The translations under genes were made by a program, and so were the position numbers. A stretch of DNA of 64,000 nucleotides, from NCBI RefSeq assembly GCF_006345805.1, contig NC_043004.1, positions 18,786,001-18,850,000 on the forward strand, in the 5' to 3' direction. The notes beneath the pieces were generated by a model. It saw only the letters and a list, made by a program, of their open reading frames with translations. It was not told where the DNA came from and searched no databases. Positions within the stretch are counted from its first letter, which is position 1; each line of letters starts with the position of its first letter. The DNA is from Octopus sinensis (taxonomy: Eukaryota). Shown here one piece after another: positions 27,561 to 37,182 of the stretch.

Positions 27561-27879
27561 ACTGGTAGTAATATATTTTACCAAGATAAAAACGTGGTAC
27601 GATAACAAGAAGTGTGATAGTGTTTATTGTAAATACAAAAATAAATATTAAACTATCTAAAAAATTTAGGCAAAGTCTCCAAGCTACTTATCATTACATA
27701 TTTTTTGTGGTTTCTGGTTATTATTATTATTGCGTATAGGACGGATCCAGCTATCAGGCGACTCCATCTTGATCTTGAAGATCGCCCCTCCGCCTTCGTT
27801 TGACCGTGTAGGAAAGACAGTTTTCCTCTGCCTGGTGGCTGTGGCGAAGGATTGAAGACAAAGACTTTCCTCTCCGGCC

Positions 27880-28230
27880 TATGGGATTACATGATTCGGT
27901 GCGACCATGAGATAGAGAATAGGAAGCCAGACAATCTTAATTGAGAAAGAAAACAAACTATGCTGGATCATAGACATAGCATACCCAGCTGACAATAAAG
28001 CAGTAGTACCAATAATTGTCAGAGCCCTGCGAACAGTGAGTAAAAATCTTGAGAAGTGCACGGAACAAACATGGGCTGCAATAAGGGTGAAGCACTCACA
28101 GAAAACAGCACTGCTTAGAACCGCTCGAATACTCCGGAAGGTGCTCGAAAAATAAGAGGTGTTACCTTAGTTCACCGGTAGTGAACAGCTGACACTTTAG
28201 TACATCTCCAGCGTTAGAAGCTCTGCAATA
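27880..28230 (+). mobile_element. R4/Dong-like LINE 3' fragment (REL endonuclease end + 3' UTR) ending in (TAA)n
   Basis: WDYMIRCDHEIENRKPD, CWIIDIAYPADNK, VVPIIVRAL, QKTALLRTARILRKVLEK*. Confidence 0.75.
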
Positions 28231-28279
28231 ATAATAATAATGATAATAATAATAATATAATAATAATAATAATAATAAC

Positions 28280-28373
<94 letters not shown>
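28229..28373. repeat. (TAA)n microsatellite
   Basis: Direct read. Confidence 0.95.
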
Positions 28374-28374
<1 letters not shown>

Positions 28375-28447
28375 GCACATACCCAAGGCACACAGAGCTG
28401 CGCTCGGTAGTGAAGTGAAAGTACGCTATAAAAATAAAACTACTGAA
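28374..28447 (+). mobile_element. 74-bp extreme 3' end of the same Dong family as 45030-48995, inserted in (TAA)n
   Basis: AGCACATACCCAAGGCACACAGAGCTGCGCTCGGTAGTGAAGTGAAAG matches the reverse complement of 45062-45110. Confidence 0.88.
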
Positions 28448-28918
28448 TAATAATAATAATAATAATAAAGTCTGAGATGGACAGGTGCTTCTTCATGACG
28501 TCAAATAAATTATAAAATGACCATACAGAAGGAAGTATAATATAATCAAGCAGAAAACAGAAAATAAATAAAGTGAAAGTTCATAGCAGTTCTTAATTGA
28601 TAGGTAGATATCAAGAAAATTCTTACACTAATAGCACAGACAGAGTGGAGAGTTCATCTTGTTCTCTAATGTAGTTGTTCATAGATAGGTAAATATCGGG
28701 AGAGTTCATGCTCTAACCTCATACTCTCTGCCATTTATGAGGCTAAATTTACAACTCTAGATATCTACCTATTAATGAAGGACTACGAAGGACAAATTGC
28801 GTCTATTTTTCGTTTTCCTGTATCATTAGAACTTTGAAGATATCTTACTATCTGTGAAGAACTACTATAATTTTCACGTTCTTGATTATCCTGTTTTCAG
28901 CTTAAAATATAGTTTTTA

Positions 28919-29135
28919 AGGCGACGAGTTGCAGAATTGTTAGCATTCCGGACGAATGCTTTGCAGCATTTCGTCTGTATTTACGTTCTGAGTTCAAATG
29001 CCGATGAGGTTGAATTTGCCTTTCAGCCTTCAGGTTCGATAAAATAAATACTGGTCAAGTACTGGGGGCGATGCAATTGACCAGTCCCCACCCAACAAAT
29101 GTCAGGACTTACACCTCTTATAGAAAGGATGAATT
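28919..29135 (+). mobile_element. Diverged SINE family A
   Basis: GCAGAATTGTTAGCA...CGTTCTGAGTTCAAATGCCGATGAGG...CTTTCAGCCTT. Confidence 0.75.
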
Positions 29136-29639
29136 ATCTTACTTATTTTGTTTTATTCATCTATGTTAACATATTCCTGTAATACGCATTTCTAGAATTT
29201 AAAAAGGCACACGGTAAATGAGGGAATTTTGTCTTTTCTCTATCATATAGACATTGAATGCCTATATAGATATGAAAATATATATCAACGATAAAATTCT
29301 CACCTAGAAATGATTTTACATTCTTCTCTACAAACGGAACACTAAAAATAAAGCAACCTACAGAATAACTCATACACTGATCAGCACAAGCTACTAAAAA
29401 TAAACCTAAACCAAATCAGACTGGAACCCCCCCCCCCACACACACACAATGCATTAAATGCATCGCGCATGTTTTAAAGAAGTAAACCATAAGTTAATAT
29501 TATTACATAAATCAAATACAAACATACTACAAAATGAATTAAAGCAGTACCAAAACTTACCAAAATTAGACACAAAATATAAATTACAATAAATATGAAT
29601 TCTGATAATATATCACAAACACTAAAGAACTTTATCAAT

Positions 29640-30036
29640 AACTAGCAGTATCGCCCGGCGTTGCTCGGGTTTGTAAGGGAAATAACTATACAGCATTTTT
29701 AGAGAGTTATAGCCAAAAAATAGCAAAAAAATGCATTAAAAATGGAAAAAATATGATGGTAAATTTTTTTTAAAAATCGTTGACTCATCGTAGACATTTT
29801 TAGAGAGTTACTTCCCTTTAAAAAATATGCATGAAAATGGAAAAAAATGATGGTAAATTATTTTTGAAATCGTAGACTCATCGTAGACGCGCGCTAATAC
29901 CCAGAGGGGCTCGATATGAATCACGACTATAAGATACCCGGTTTTGGTTAAACTGCACCGCAAAATGTGGGAGTAGTTAGGAATCTAAATCGAAGGGGAC
30001 AGACACTCACACAACTACAGTTTTATATATATAGAT
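29640..30036 (+). mobile_element. Non-autonomous Helentron-associated (HINE/DINE-1-like) element
   Basis: Starts ACTAGCAGTATCGCCCGGCGTTGCTCGGG (short hairpin), has an internal direct repeat (CATTTTTAGAGAGTTA, AAAAATGGAAAAAA..TGATGGTAAATT) and ends TTTTATATATATAGAT. Confidence 0.6.
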
Positions 30037-30371
30037 AAAGCACAAGCTTGTAAACCACAGAGAAGTTACAAATGCCCTATGTAATTTACAGTTTTGACTA
30101 CAAACGTGAAATTTATAAAATTCATGAATTTAATTGTGATACATGCCATAGAGCTAAGACTATGTCCTTCCAGGTTCCAATGCACTTACTGAAAAGAAAT
30201 ATTCTAGTGGAGTATAACAAACAACAAAAAAGTAATGTAGAAAATGATAGCAGAGCACAGTGCTAAAATAAATTCATAGATGGTACACGTTAATCAGACA
30301 GAAATAGAAAACACTTCCGAGCAGATGCTGCATAAATTAGCAGACAAAAATTTTAATAATAACAGTCATAA

Positions 30372-30533
30372 GCGTAGGAGTGGCTGTGTGGTAAGTAGCT
30401 TGCTAACCAACCACATGGTCCCGGGTTCAGTCCCACCGCGTGGCATCTTGGGCAAGTGTCTTCTGCTATAGCCTCGGGCCGACCAATGCCTTGTGAGTGG
30501 ATTTGGTAGACGGAAACTGAAAGAAGCCTGTCG

Positions 30534-30564
<31 letters not shown>

Positions 30565-30790
30565 ATATGTTTGTGTGTCTGCTGTGTTTGTCCCCCTAGC
30601 ATTGCTTGACAACCGATGCTGGTGTGCTTACGTCCCCGTCACCTAGCGGTTCGGCAAAAGAGACCGATAGAATAAGTACTGGGCTTACAAAGAATAAGTC
30701 CCGGGGTCGATTTGCTCGACTAAAGGCGGTGCCCCAGCATGGCCGCAGTCAAAATGACTGAAACAAGTAAATGAGTAAATGAGTAAATAC
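30372..30790 (+). mobile_element. tRNA-derived SINE family B (Nin-domain-like), full length
   Basis: A box TGGCTGTGTGG, B box GGTTCAGTCC, core GGCAAGTGTCTTCTGCTATAGCCTCGGGCCGACCAATGCCTTGTGAGTGGATTTGG, internal microsatellite, (GAGTAAAT)n tail. Confidence 0.85.
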
Positions 30791-31262
30791 TATCAAATAT
30801 ATCTGTACTGTTTACTAAAATGGGGGCAGGGACGAAGCCACTGTTAACTTAATACTCAATATAAGATAGCGAATGTTGATCGATTTGCGTGCTTTATAGG
30901 TAAGAAACCAATTGTTAGTTATTTAGTTAATTCGAACAATGGCAATTATGCTTAAATTTATTATTTCAAGCACATCTTTTATATTATTTGTAACAGTGTG
31001 AATGATAAGAGAGCAGGATGGACAGATGGAGATAAAGAGAGAATGCGGAAGGTTGATAATTAGAATTATAGTGATTTCACAGCCCTTTATCGTCAAGGAA
31101 GCACGTTTTAACCCTAATGAGGATAATCAAGAACGTGAAAATTATAGTAGTTCTTCACAGATAGTAAGATATCTTCAACATAAATATCATACCTGTGGAA
31201 AGTAAACAAAAATATACGAGTATTTGAAAGTTTCCGGAAGTGATGAGAGGAAACAAAAATAC

Positions 31263-31380
<118 letters not shown>

Positions 31381-31969
31381 AGCTATCTCTATCTATACAC
31401 ACAAACAAATATATGCACACATGCACAAACATTCACATACATTCACATTTATAAATAAATACGTTTCGTTATTCTTTCTTTATATGTGTATCTAACTTTT
31501 ATGTGTTTTGAATGTTTCGTTCTGCACGTTTGTTATTTTCTTTCGCCTACTATCCATCAAAGGAGGGACGCTATTTCTTTTAGTATTGATACATAAAATA
31601 GAGTTCCTTTGCTACATGGCTTCCAGATCCCAGATATTTATGCAATTTGTTTAAGGCAAGAGTGCGCTAGTTGAATCCCATTATCGAAACGACGGTCTGT
31701 TTTCGCTCAAAACGGGCAACGCACAAGTATAAAGATTTTTAATTATTTTAATTAAACATATATTTTAATTTTATTGATCATTTCATTGTCAAAATGACCT
31801 CTAGATCACCCTATGTATGTATGTATGTTTGTATGTACGTGCGTACGTATATATGTAAGTATGCATGTATGTATGTGTATATATATATATATATACACAC
31901 ATATACATATATGTACATATGTGTACATATATATATGTGTGTGTGTGAGTGTATGAATATATGTGTATG

Positions 31970-32001
<32 letters not shown>

Positions 32002-32195
32002 ATATAATATATATATAGAATATATATATATGGGTGTGTGTGATTGTGTATAGAAGAATATATTAATAAAAAGAATTCCAACCTTGTCTGATTTTCACGT
32101 TTTATTTACAATCTTATAATGATATATCATAAGATAATATATTATAATTGAATAAAATAAAATGAAATAGTAGAATGTTAAATATTCATTCTGAT

Positions 32196-32240
32196 TGAAC
32201 TAGTACTTTCATGCATTGAATTCTGCAATCTTCGGGTTCA
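32196..32240 (-). ncRNA. Minimal type I hammerhead, variant core (CCGAAGA)
   Basis: UGAAC-CCGAAGA-UUGCA GAAUUCAA UGCAU-GAAAG-UA-CUA-GUUCA; stem I UGAAC/GUUCA is perfect, stem III AGUACU is palindromic. Confidence 0.65.
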
Positions 32241-32303
32241 TGTAGTAGTGTTGACAGTCATGCTTCACAATTTTTGACTGTAGCAAGATGATTGATTCTG
32301 TGC

Positions 32304-32417
32304 TATAAATACAGCTGGGTAGGCTCCAGAGTGCTAGGTTTTGCAAACTGTATTCTGACCAATCAGTGTGTAGTATCACTCAATTACTTAAGCTGATTGG
32401 TTGGTTGAGCTGATTGG
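32304..32417 (-). promoter_or_regulatory. Candidate pLTR Pol II promoter: three CCAATCAG boxes and a TATTTATA box
   Basis: CCAATCAG at 32410-32417 and 32393-32400 (minus) and 32359-32366 (plus); TATTTATA at 32304-32311 (minus), upstream of the hammerhead. Confidence 0.45.
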
Positions 32418-32740
32418 TTTAGGCATCACGCTTTGTTGGACATGTCAAGAGTCCTGTATCTTGACCCTGGCCGAAGCAGCAATTGTTGGGTTATTTTTAG
32501 AAATGTTGTAAATATCCTTTGTCAGAGATTTTTATATTTTTATATTTCAATTGTCATCATCATCATTGTCAGCACCTTAATTATTGTTGCTAGTGGTGAT
32601 GGTGGTGGCAATAGAACTTTTAACCCTAAATAAGATAATTTTCCTGCTATCTTCGTCTTGATCACCTTTAGTATTGTTGTTGTTGTTAGTGGTCATGGTC
32701 GTAGCGGTGGAAGTAATACCTCTAAGTATTATTATTATTA

Positions 32741-35068
32741 TTATTGCTTATTTAGCTTGGGTTCGAATTTATCAATAAAATTCTTTTCTCTGATTTTCCT
32801 CTCGATTTCACTTGGGCTGTGTAATTTGTAGAATGGAAATATTATATATTTTTTCCGACCACATGTTGCTAGGTGGTTACTCAAAGGTATCTGACGGACC
32901 TCTGGGTCTCTAATCTGTTGCCGGTGTACACGTGAGCGTTCTAATAGTGCGTTTCCCGTCTGACCTACATATATTTCTTCACAATTTGGGCATTTGATGC
33001 AGTAAATTAAATTTCTGCTTTTGCAGTTCATATTCGCGTTTGTGAATATTTTCCCGGTTTTTGTGTTTATATATTGACCGGTATGTATGAATTGGCATGT
33101 GCCACATCGGCTATCATTGCATTTAGATACCGTGAATGTTTGGTCTTTGTTGCTGAGGTCAAATTTTGCCTTTGTTAGTAATGTTTTCAAGTTTTTAGGC
33201 TGTCTTTTACTAAGCACCATAGCTCGATCCGTGATTATGTCTTTTAATTCATTACTTTGGGCAATGATTGGTAGGTTTGCTTTGGCAATGTTGAAGATAT
33301 TCTGGTGACATGGGTTGTGTGTCACTATGAATGGTATGACTTGTTCTTGTTTTCCTCTTCCTTGGGTTGTCCTAAGTTGTTGTATAGGTATTTTTATAGC
33401 CCGCTGTATGCCATTTTCTATAAGTAGAGATGGGTATTTTTGTTTGAGCAAAAATTCTCTTAGTTCTATTAGGCGTTTGTTCCTGATATTTGCATCTTCT
33501 ACAATAGTACAAATTCTTCTGGCTAGGCAGTATGGGATGTTACGTTTTGTATGTGGTGGATGGCACGACTTAAAATTTAGGTATTGATGTGTGTCTGTGT
33601 GTTTATAGTATATATCTGTGGTGATGGTGGTGTCTTTTTTAATTACCATTATATCCAGGAATGGTAATTTGGTATTACTCATCTCCTTTGTAAATTGGAG
33701 AGATGGGTGTAGGTTGTTCAGGAGGATATTGAACTCTTCCAGAGTATTTAGAGATTCTGTCCAGATTATGAAACAGTCGTCTAGGTATCTCTTCCATGCC
33801 TTTTCAATATACTTTCTAAACCCAGTGCTATAGTTTACCTCCACCTCTTGGTAGAGTTGTTCTTCTAAGTATCCCATTACAGAGTTGGCGTAAACGGGAG
33901 CAAACCTCGTTCCCATCGCCGTGCCTCTAATTTGGATGTAATTCTTTCCATTGAAGAAGAATGTGTTATTTTCTAGAATAAGCTTGACTGTGTCTAATAT
34001 AAATGGCACTGTGAATCTGCTGGGAATCACTTCTCTATGTTTTTCTAACCAGTATTTAATCGCCTTTATTCCTAAATCGTGTGGAATATTGGTGTAGAGG
34101 CTTACCACATCAAAACTTAGTAAAACTGAATTTGTTTCTGTTGTTTTGGGAAGATGGGACAGGAAGTCGATGTCATCCCTGATGAAACTTGGTATGTAAG
34201 TACATAGTGGTTTCAAAACAATGTCAATAAAATTGCTTAGACGGTGTGTAGGGCATGCTGGACCAGCTATAATAGGTCTAAGTTTTAGGTCTTTTGGATG
34301 TAATAATTTTATGTACTCACTTTCTTGTTCTTTTACTGCCTGTTGAATGTTTTTTGATTTGTGTATTTTTGGTAAGCCGTAGAAGTTGCTGGGTTTTGGT
34401 TCAAAATTGGTGATGTAGTCTTTTTCATTATCCGTAAGTGAGTTGTGGTGTGTTGAAATCAGGTTGTTGATCTTTTTCATGATGTGGTGGTCTATATTTG
34501 CGGGTATTTCACAATAGAAGGTTGTATCCTTCAGTTGGTCTTCAACCAAATCCTTATAGTATTCGGTATCCATAATAACAATTGCACCACCTTTATCTGC
34601 TTGTTTAATTATTATTGTTTGATCGTTTTGTATACGTTTACATGCAGACATCTCTGATTTGCTAATGTTTGGCCTAACATTGGTATTGCGTCTAAGGGGA
34701 AATTTAGACAGGATATCAATGTATTGGTCAAGGTAGTTATTTCTTCCTTTTGGTGGGGTGAAATTTGATTTATTCCTTACTAGGGATTCATCAATCTCAT
34801 TACTTTTGTTAGCGAAGAATTCTACAAGTCGTAATTTTCGACAGAATTTTTGGATATCCTCCTTTAATTCTTGGTGGTTGGCTGTTGGTGTAGGTGTGAA
34901 TTTCAGTCCTTTTGACAGAAGTTGGATTTCATCATTGTCAAAATCTCTTTTTGATAAATTAATTATTTTAGGATCTATACGTTCAGTTGTTTGGGGTATG
35001 TTTCCTCTTGGATTTTTTCTTTCTCCGGTGTTTGTTGTCCTGACGTAAAAAAATGGATTTTTTTCTGG
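32741..35068 (-). CDS. PLE reverse transcriptase + GIY-YIG endonuclease; frame open for 776 codons including stop, first Met only at 34651
   Basis: IINLS, LSKGLKFTPTP, KQADKGGAIV, YGLPKIHK, LRPIIAG, SFDVVSLYTNIPH, GTAMG, RYLDDCF, PFLD, NLIYCIKCPNCEEIYVGQTG; bounded upstream by TAA at 35069-35071. Confidence 0.93.
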   Translation of the reverse strand, partial: PEKNPFFYVRTTNTGERKNPRGNIPQTTERIDPKIINLSKRDFDNDEIQLLSKGLKFTPTPTANHQELKEDIQKFCRKLRLVEFFANKSNEIDESLVRNKSNFTPPKGRNNYLDQYIDILSKFPLRRNTNVRPNISKSEMSACKRIQNDQTIIIKQADKGGAIVIMDTEYYKDLVEDQLKDTTFYCEIPANIDHHIMKKINNLISTHHNSLTDNEKDYITNFEPKPSNFYGLPKIHKSKNIQQAVKEQESEYIKLLHPKDLKLRPIIAGPACPTHRLSNFIDIVLKPLCTYIPSFIRDDIDFLSHLPKTTETNSVLLSFDVVSLYTNIPHDLGIKAIKYWLEKHREVIPSRFTVPFILDTVKLILENNTFFFNGKNYIQIRGTAMGTRFAPVYANSVMGYLEEQLYQEVEVNYSTGFRKYIEKAWKRYLDDCFIIWTESLNTLEEFNILLNNLHPSLQFTKEMSNTKLPFLDIMVIKKDTTITTDIYYKHTDTHQYLNFKSCHPPHTKRNIPYCLARRICTIVEDANIRNKRLIELREFLLKQKYPSLLIENGIQRAIKIPIQQLRTTQGRGKQEQVIPFIVTHNPCHQNIFNIAKANLPIIAQSNELKDIITDRAMVLSKRQPKNLKTLLTKAKFDLSNKDQTFTVSKCNDSRCGTCQFIHTGQYINTKTGKIFTNANMNCKSRNLIYCIKCPNCEEIYVGQTGNALLERSRVHRQQIRDPEVRQIPLSNHLATCGRKKYIIFPFYKLHSPSEIERKIREKNFIDKFEPKLNKQ

Positions 35069-35815
35069 TTATGATTTATATTCCTGTTGATGTTTGCTTG
35101 ATGAATTTTGCGTTTTGGTTGTGGTACTTTACTTGGTTTCGTTATGTTTTCTGTCTTGTTTTTGGTATTATGTATGCTACTTTTCAATTTCTTGTTAGCA
35201 TTGTTTTTAACCACCTGGAGAAATGATCTGGGTTTACTTCTAGATCTAGATCGGTTTTTTGTCCAGTTTCTTGTGGGTAATCTCTGTTGAGGTCTTGAAA
35301 ATGATCTGTTATTTCTACTGCTAATGGTCTGTTCAAAACAATATCTATTTTGTTTGTGCTTTTTGTTCCTGTTGTGTGCATTGGGGTGTTTGCATACAAA
35401 ATGGGAAGAGTTCTTACCGTAGTTCGTCTTCGATTCGTGGTGAAACAGGTGTTCATGTTGCCACGTGTTCTGGTGTATGTTGCGTTGGTGAGGTTGTCCA
35501 CTTTTAATGCTATTTCTCGGAGCTCTGTTGTCTTTACCGTAGTTTGTAGCATATTTGTCGAGAAATAATTGTTTCCGCTGCCAAAACTTTCTTGATCTGC
35601 TTTCTTCTTTTGAGATATCTCTGATCCATAGTTCTCGCATTTTTTCTGCTATATTGCCGGTCGTTAGTTTGGATATTTCATCTCTGATTTGATCATCGAT
35701 AGCTTCGTATTTGGCTTTGTAGCGAGATTGTTTAGACAGGGTAATGGAGATGTCGGTCCTGAATTTTATCAAACTAAGGTCCCATCGAAGTTTAGTTTCT
35801 TCCTCTGGTTCTCTG
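34975..35815 (-). CDS. Upstream basic N/K/R/Q-rich PLE ORF, 5'-truncated, overlapping the RT frame by 94 nt
   Basis: Track ORF 34975-35772 plus in-frame EPEEETKLRWDLS upstream; RSRSRS basic low-complexity C-half. Confidence 0.75.
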
Positions 35816-35894
35816 GTTCATATATGAATGTATGAATGTATCTATACGTATACATATATACATATATATTTGCGCATATATATATGTATGAATA

Positions 35895-35935
<41 letters not shown>

Positions 35936-36004
35936 CACAAATACTGAGAGGACACTGGAAAAAGTATATGTATTTGTGAAGGGAGCTGACTTCTCGTCGA
36001 CAAC

Positions 36005-36065
36005 CATGATTGTCACGCGCTGATGAGAGGTAAACACCTTGAAACTCGAGTCCGTGTGTATCATG
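36005..36065 (+). ncRNA. Canonical-core minimal type I hammerhead ribozyme
   Basis: CACGCG-CUGAUGA-GAGGU AAAC ACCUU-GAAAC-UCGA-GUC-CGUGUG; extension CAUGAU/AUCAUG; predicted cleavage after 36052. Confidence 0.9.
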
Positions 36066-36329
36066 AGTTGAAGGCGGGGAAGATGACTTCCCTTCACAAA
36101 TACTGAGAGGACACAGATAGTGTGTCTATAGCCAGCTGGAGGAGATATCTTCCTGGGGCTACAAACTACAGTAGCATCCACCCTTAGGGGTTAGCCATAT
36201 TCAAATGGCAAATATGCGTCACGATGTGTTACCGCTACTGTTTATAACTCGCTCTGAGATTTATCATTGTTATATATATATATATATAAATAAATGAAAG
36301 AATGGAGTCGACCGACGATTTTAACAAAA

Positions 36330-36428
36330 TTCCTTTACTCTCGACATATGTTTCGAAGACTGCATATTCTTAATTCCGAAGGAATAAAGAGTGCATTATG
36401 CCGCCTTCTCATCAGGAAAGACAAGGAA
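36330..36428 (-). ncRNA. Type I hammerhead with long stem II (left arm)
   Basis: UUCCUU..CUUUC-CUGAUGA-GAAGGC..GCAUA...UAUGC..GUCUUC-GAAAC-AUAU-GUC-GAGAG..AAGGAA. Confidence 0.85.
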
Positions 36429-37083
36429 TCTATGTCAGCATCATGACGAACAAAAACTTTTAGATGACTGCCCACATGGAGTCCACTGTGATAATGAGTG
36501 TTTCTTTCAAAGAGATTAATATCGATAACCTCTTTGAATTTAATAATTTAGTTCCACTTCTACAACACCACCATAGACAAATCTTTTTTATACTCCGTTA
36601 CATGAAGAGCTACTACCAAATTTCGTTGGGGTATGTTTTACTTCTGTCTCTCTACCTCTCCCCCCCTCTCTCTCCCTCTCTCTATCATAAGCACAATCAA
36701 ACACACAGACAGAAACTTGTCACCTCACCACTAGATGTATTTGGCATTTGTCCCCCCCCCACACACACACAATCACGCACATACAGACAAAGAGACACGA
36801 ATGCAGTTATATACATACACACACATAGACACTCAAACTCATTAGCATAAGCAAACAACCACGCGTCCCCATACATACAACTTGCACTCTGTCCCCTTCC
36901 TATTCTTAGAACTTTCTCCTTCCAACCATTTTTGAACTCTTGAACTTTTTAGAACCTTCTCCATCCAACCAATTTTGACGTCACTGCTTATAACGGAATA
37001 TTTTAAAGAAACACTCATTATCACTGTGGACTCCATGTGGGCAGTCATCTAAAAGTTTTTGTTCGTCATGATGCTGACATAGG

Positions 37084-37182
37084 TTCCTTGTCATTCCTGA
37101 TGAGAAGGCGGCATAATGCACTCTTTATTCCTTCGGAATTAAGAATATGCAGTCTTCGAAACATATGTCGAGAGTAAAGGAA
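37084..37182 (+). ncRNA. Type I hammerhead with long stem II (right arm)
   Basis: CUGAUGA at 37097-37103, GAAAC at 37158-37162, GUC at 37167-37169; one mismatch in stem I relative to the left copy. Confidence 0.82.

Larger units (their letters stand above)
32050..35815 (-). mobile_element. Young Neptune-like Penelope-like element, 5'-truncated, with 3' pseudo-LTR region
   Basis: Uninterrupted RT+GIY-YIG frame, upstream basic ORF, 3' region with promoter-like motifs and hammerhead, both ends at TA-rich microsatellites; the CxxxxCxxC linker (CNDSRCGTC) supports the Neptune clade. Confidence 0.93.

Noticed and set aside
33087-33833. Plus-strand ORFs antisense to the PLE (and those antisense to Dong at 45143-48695)
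   Set aside because: Shadow ORFs expected opposite A-rich coding sequence.
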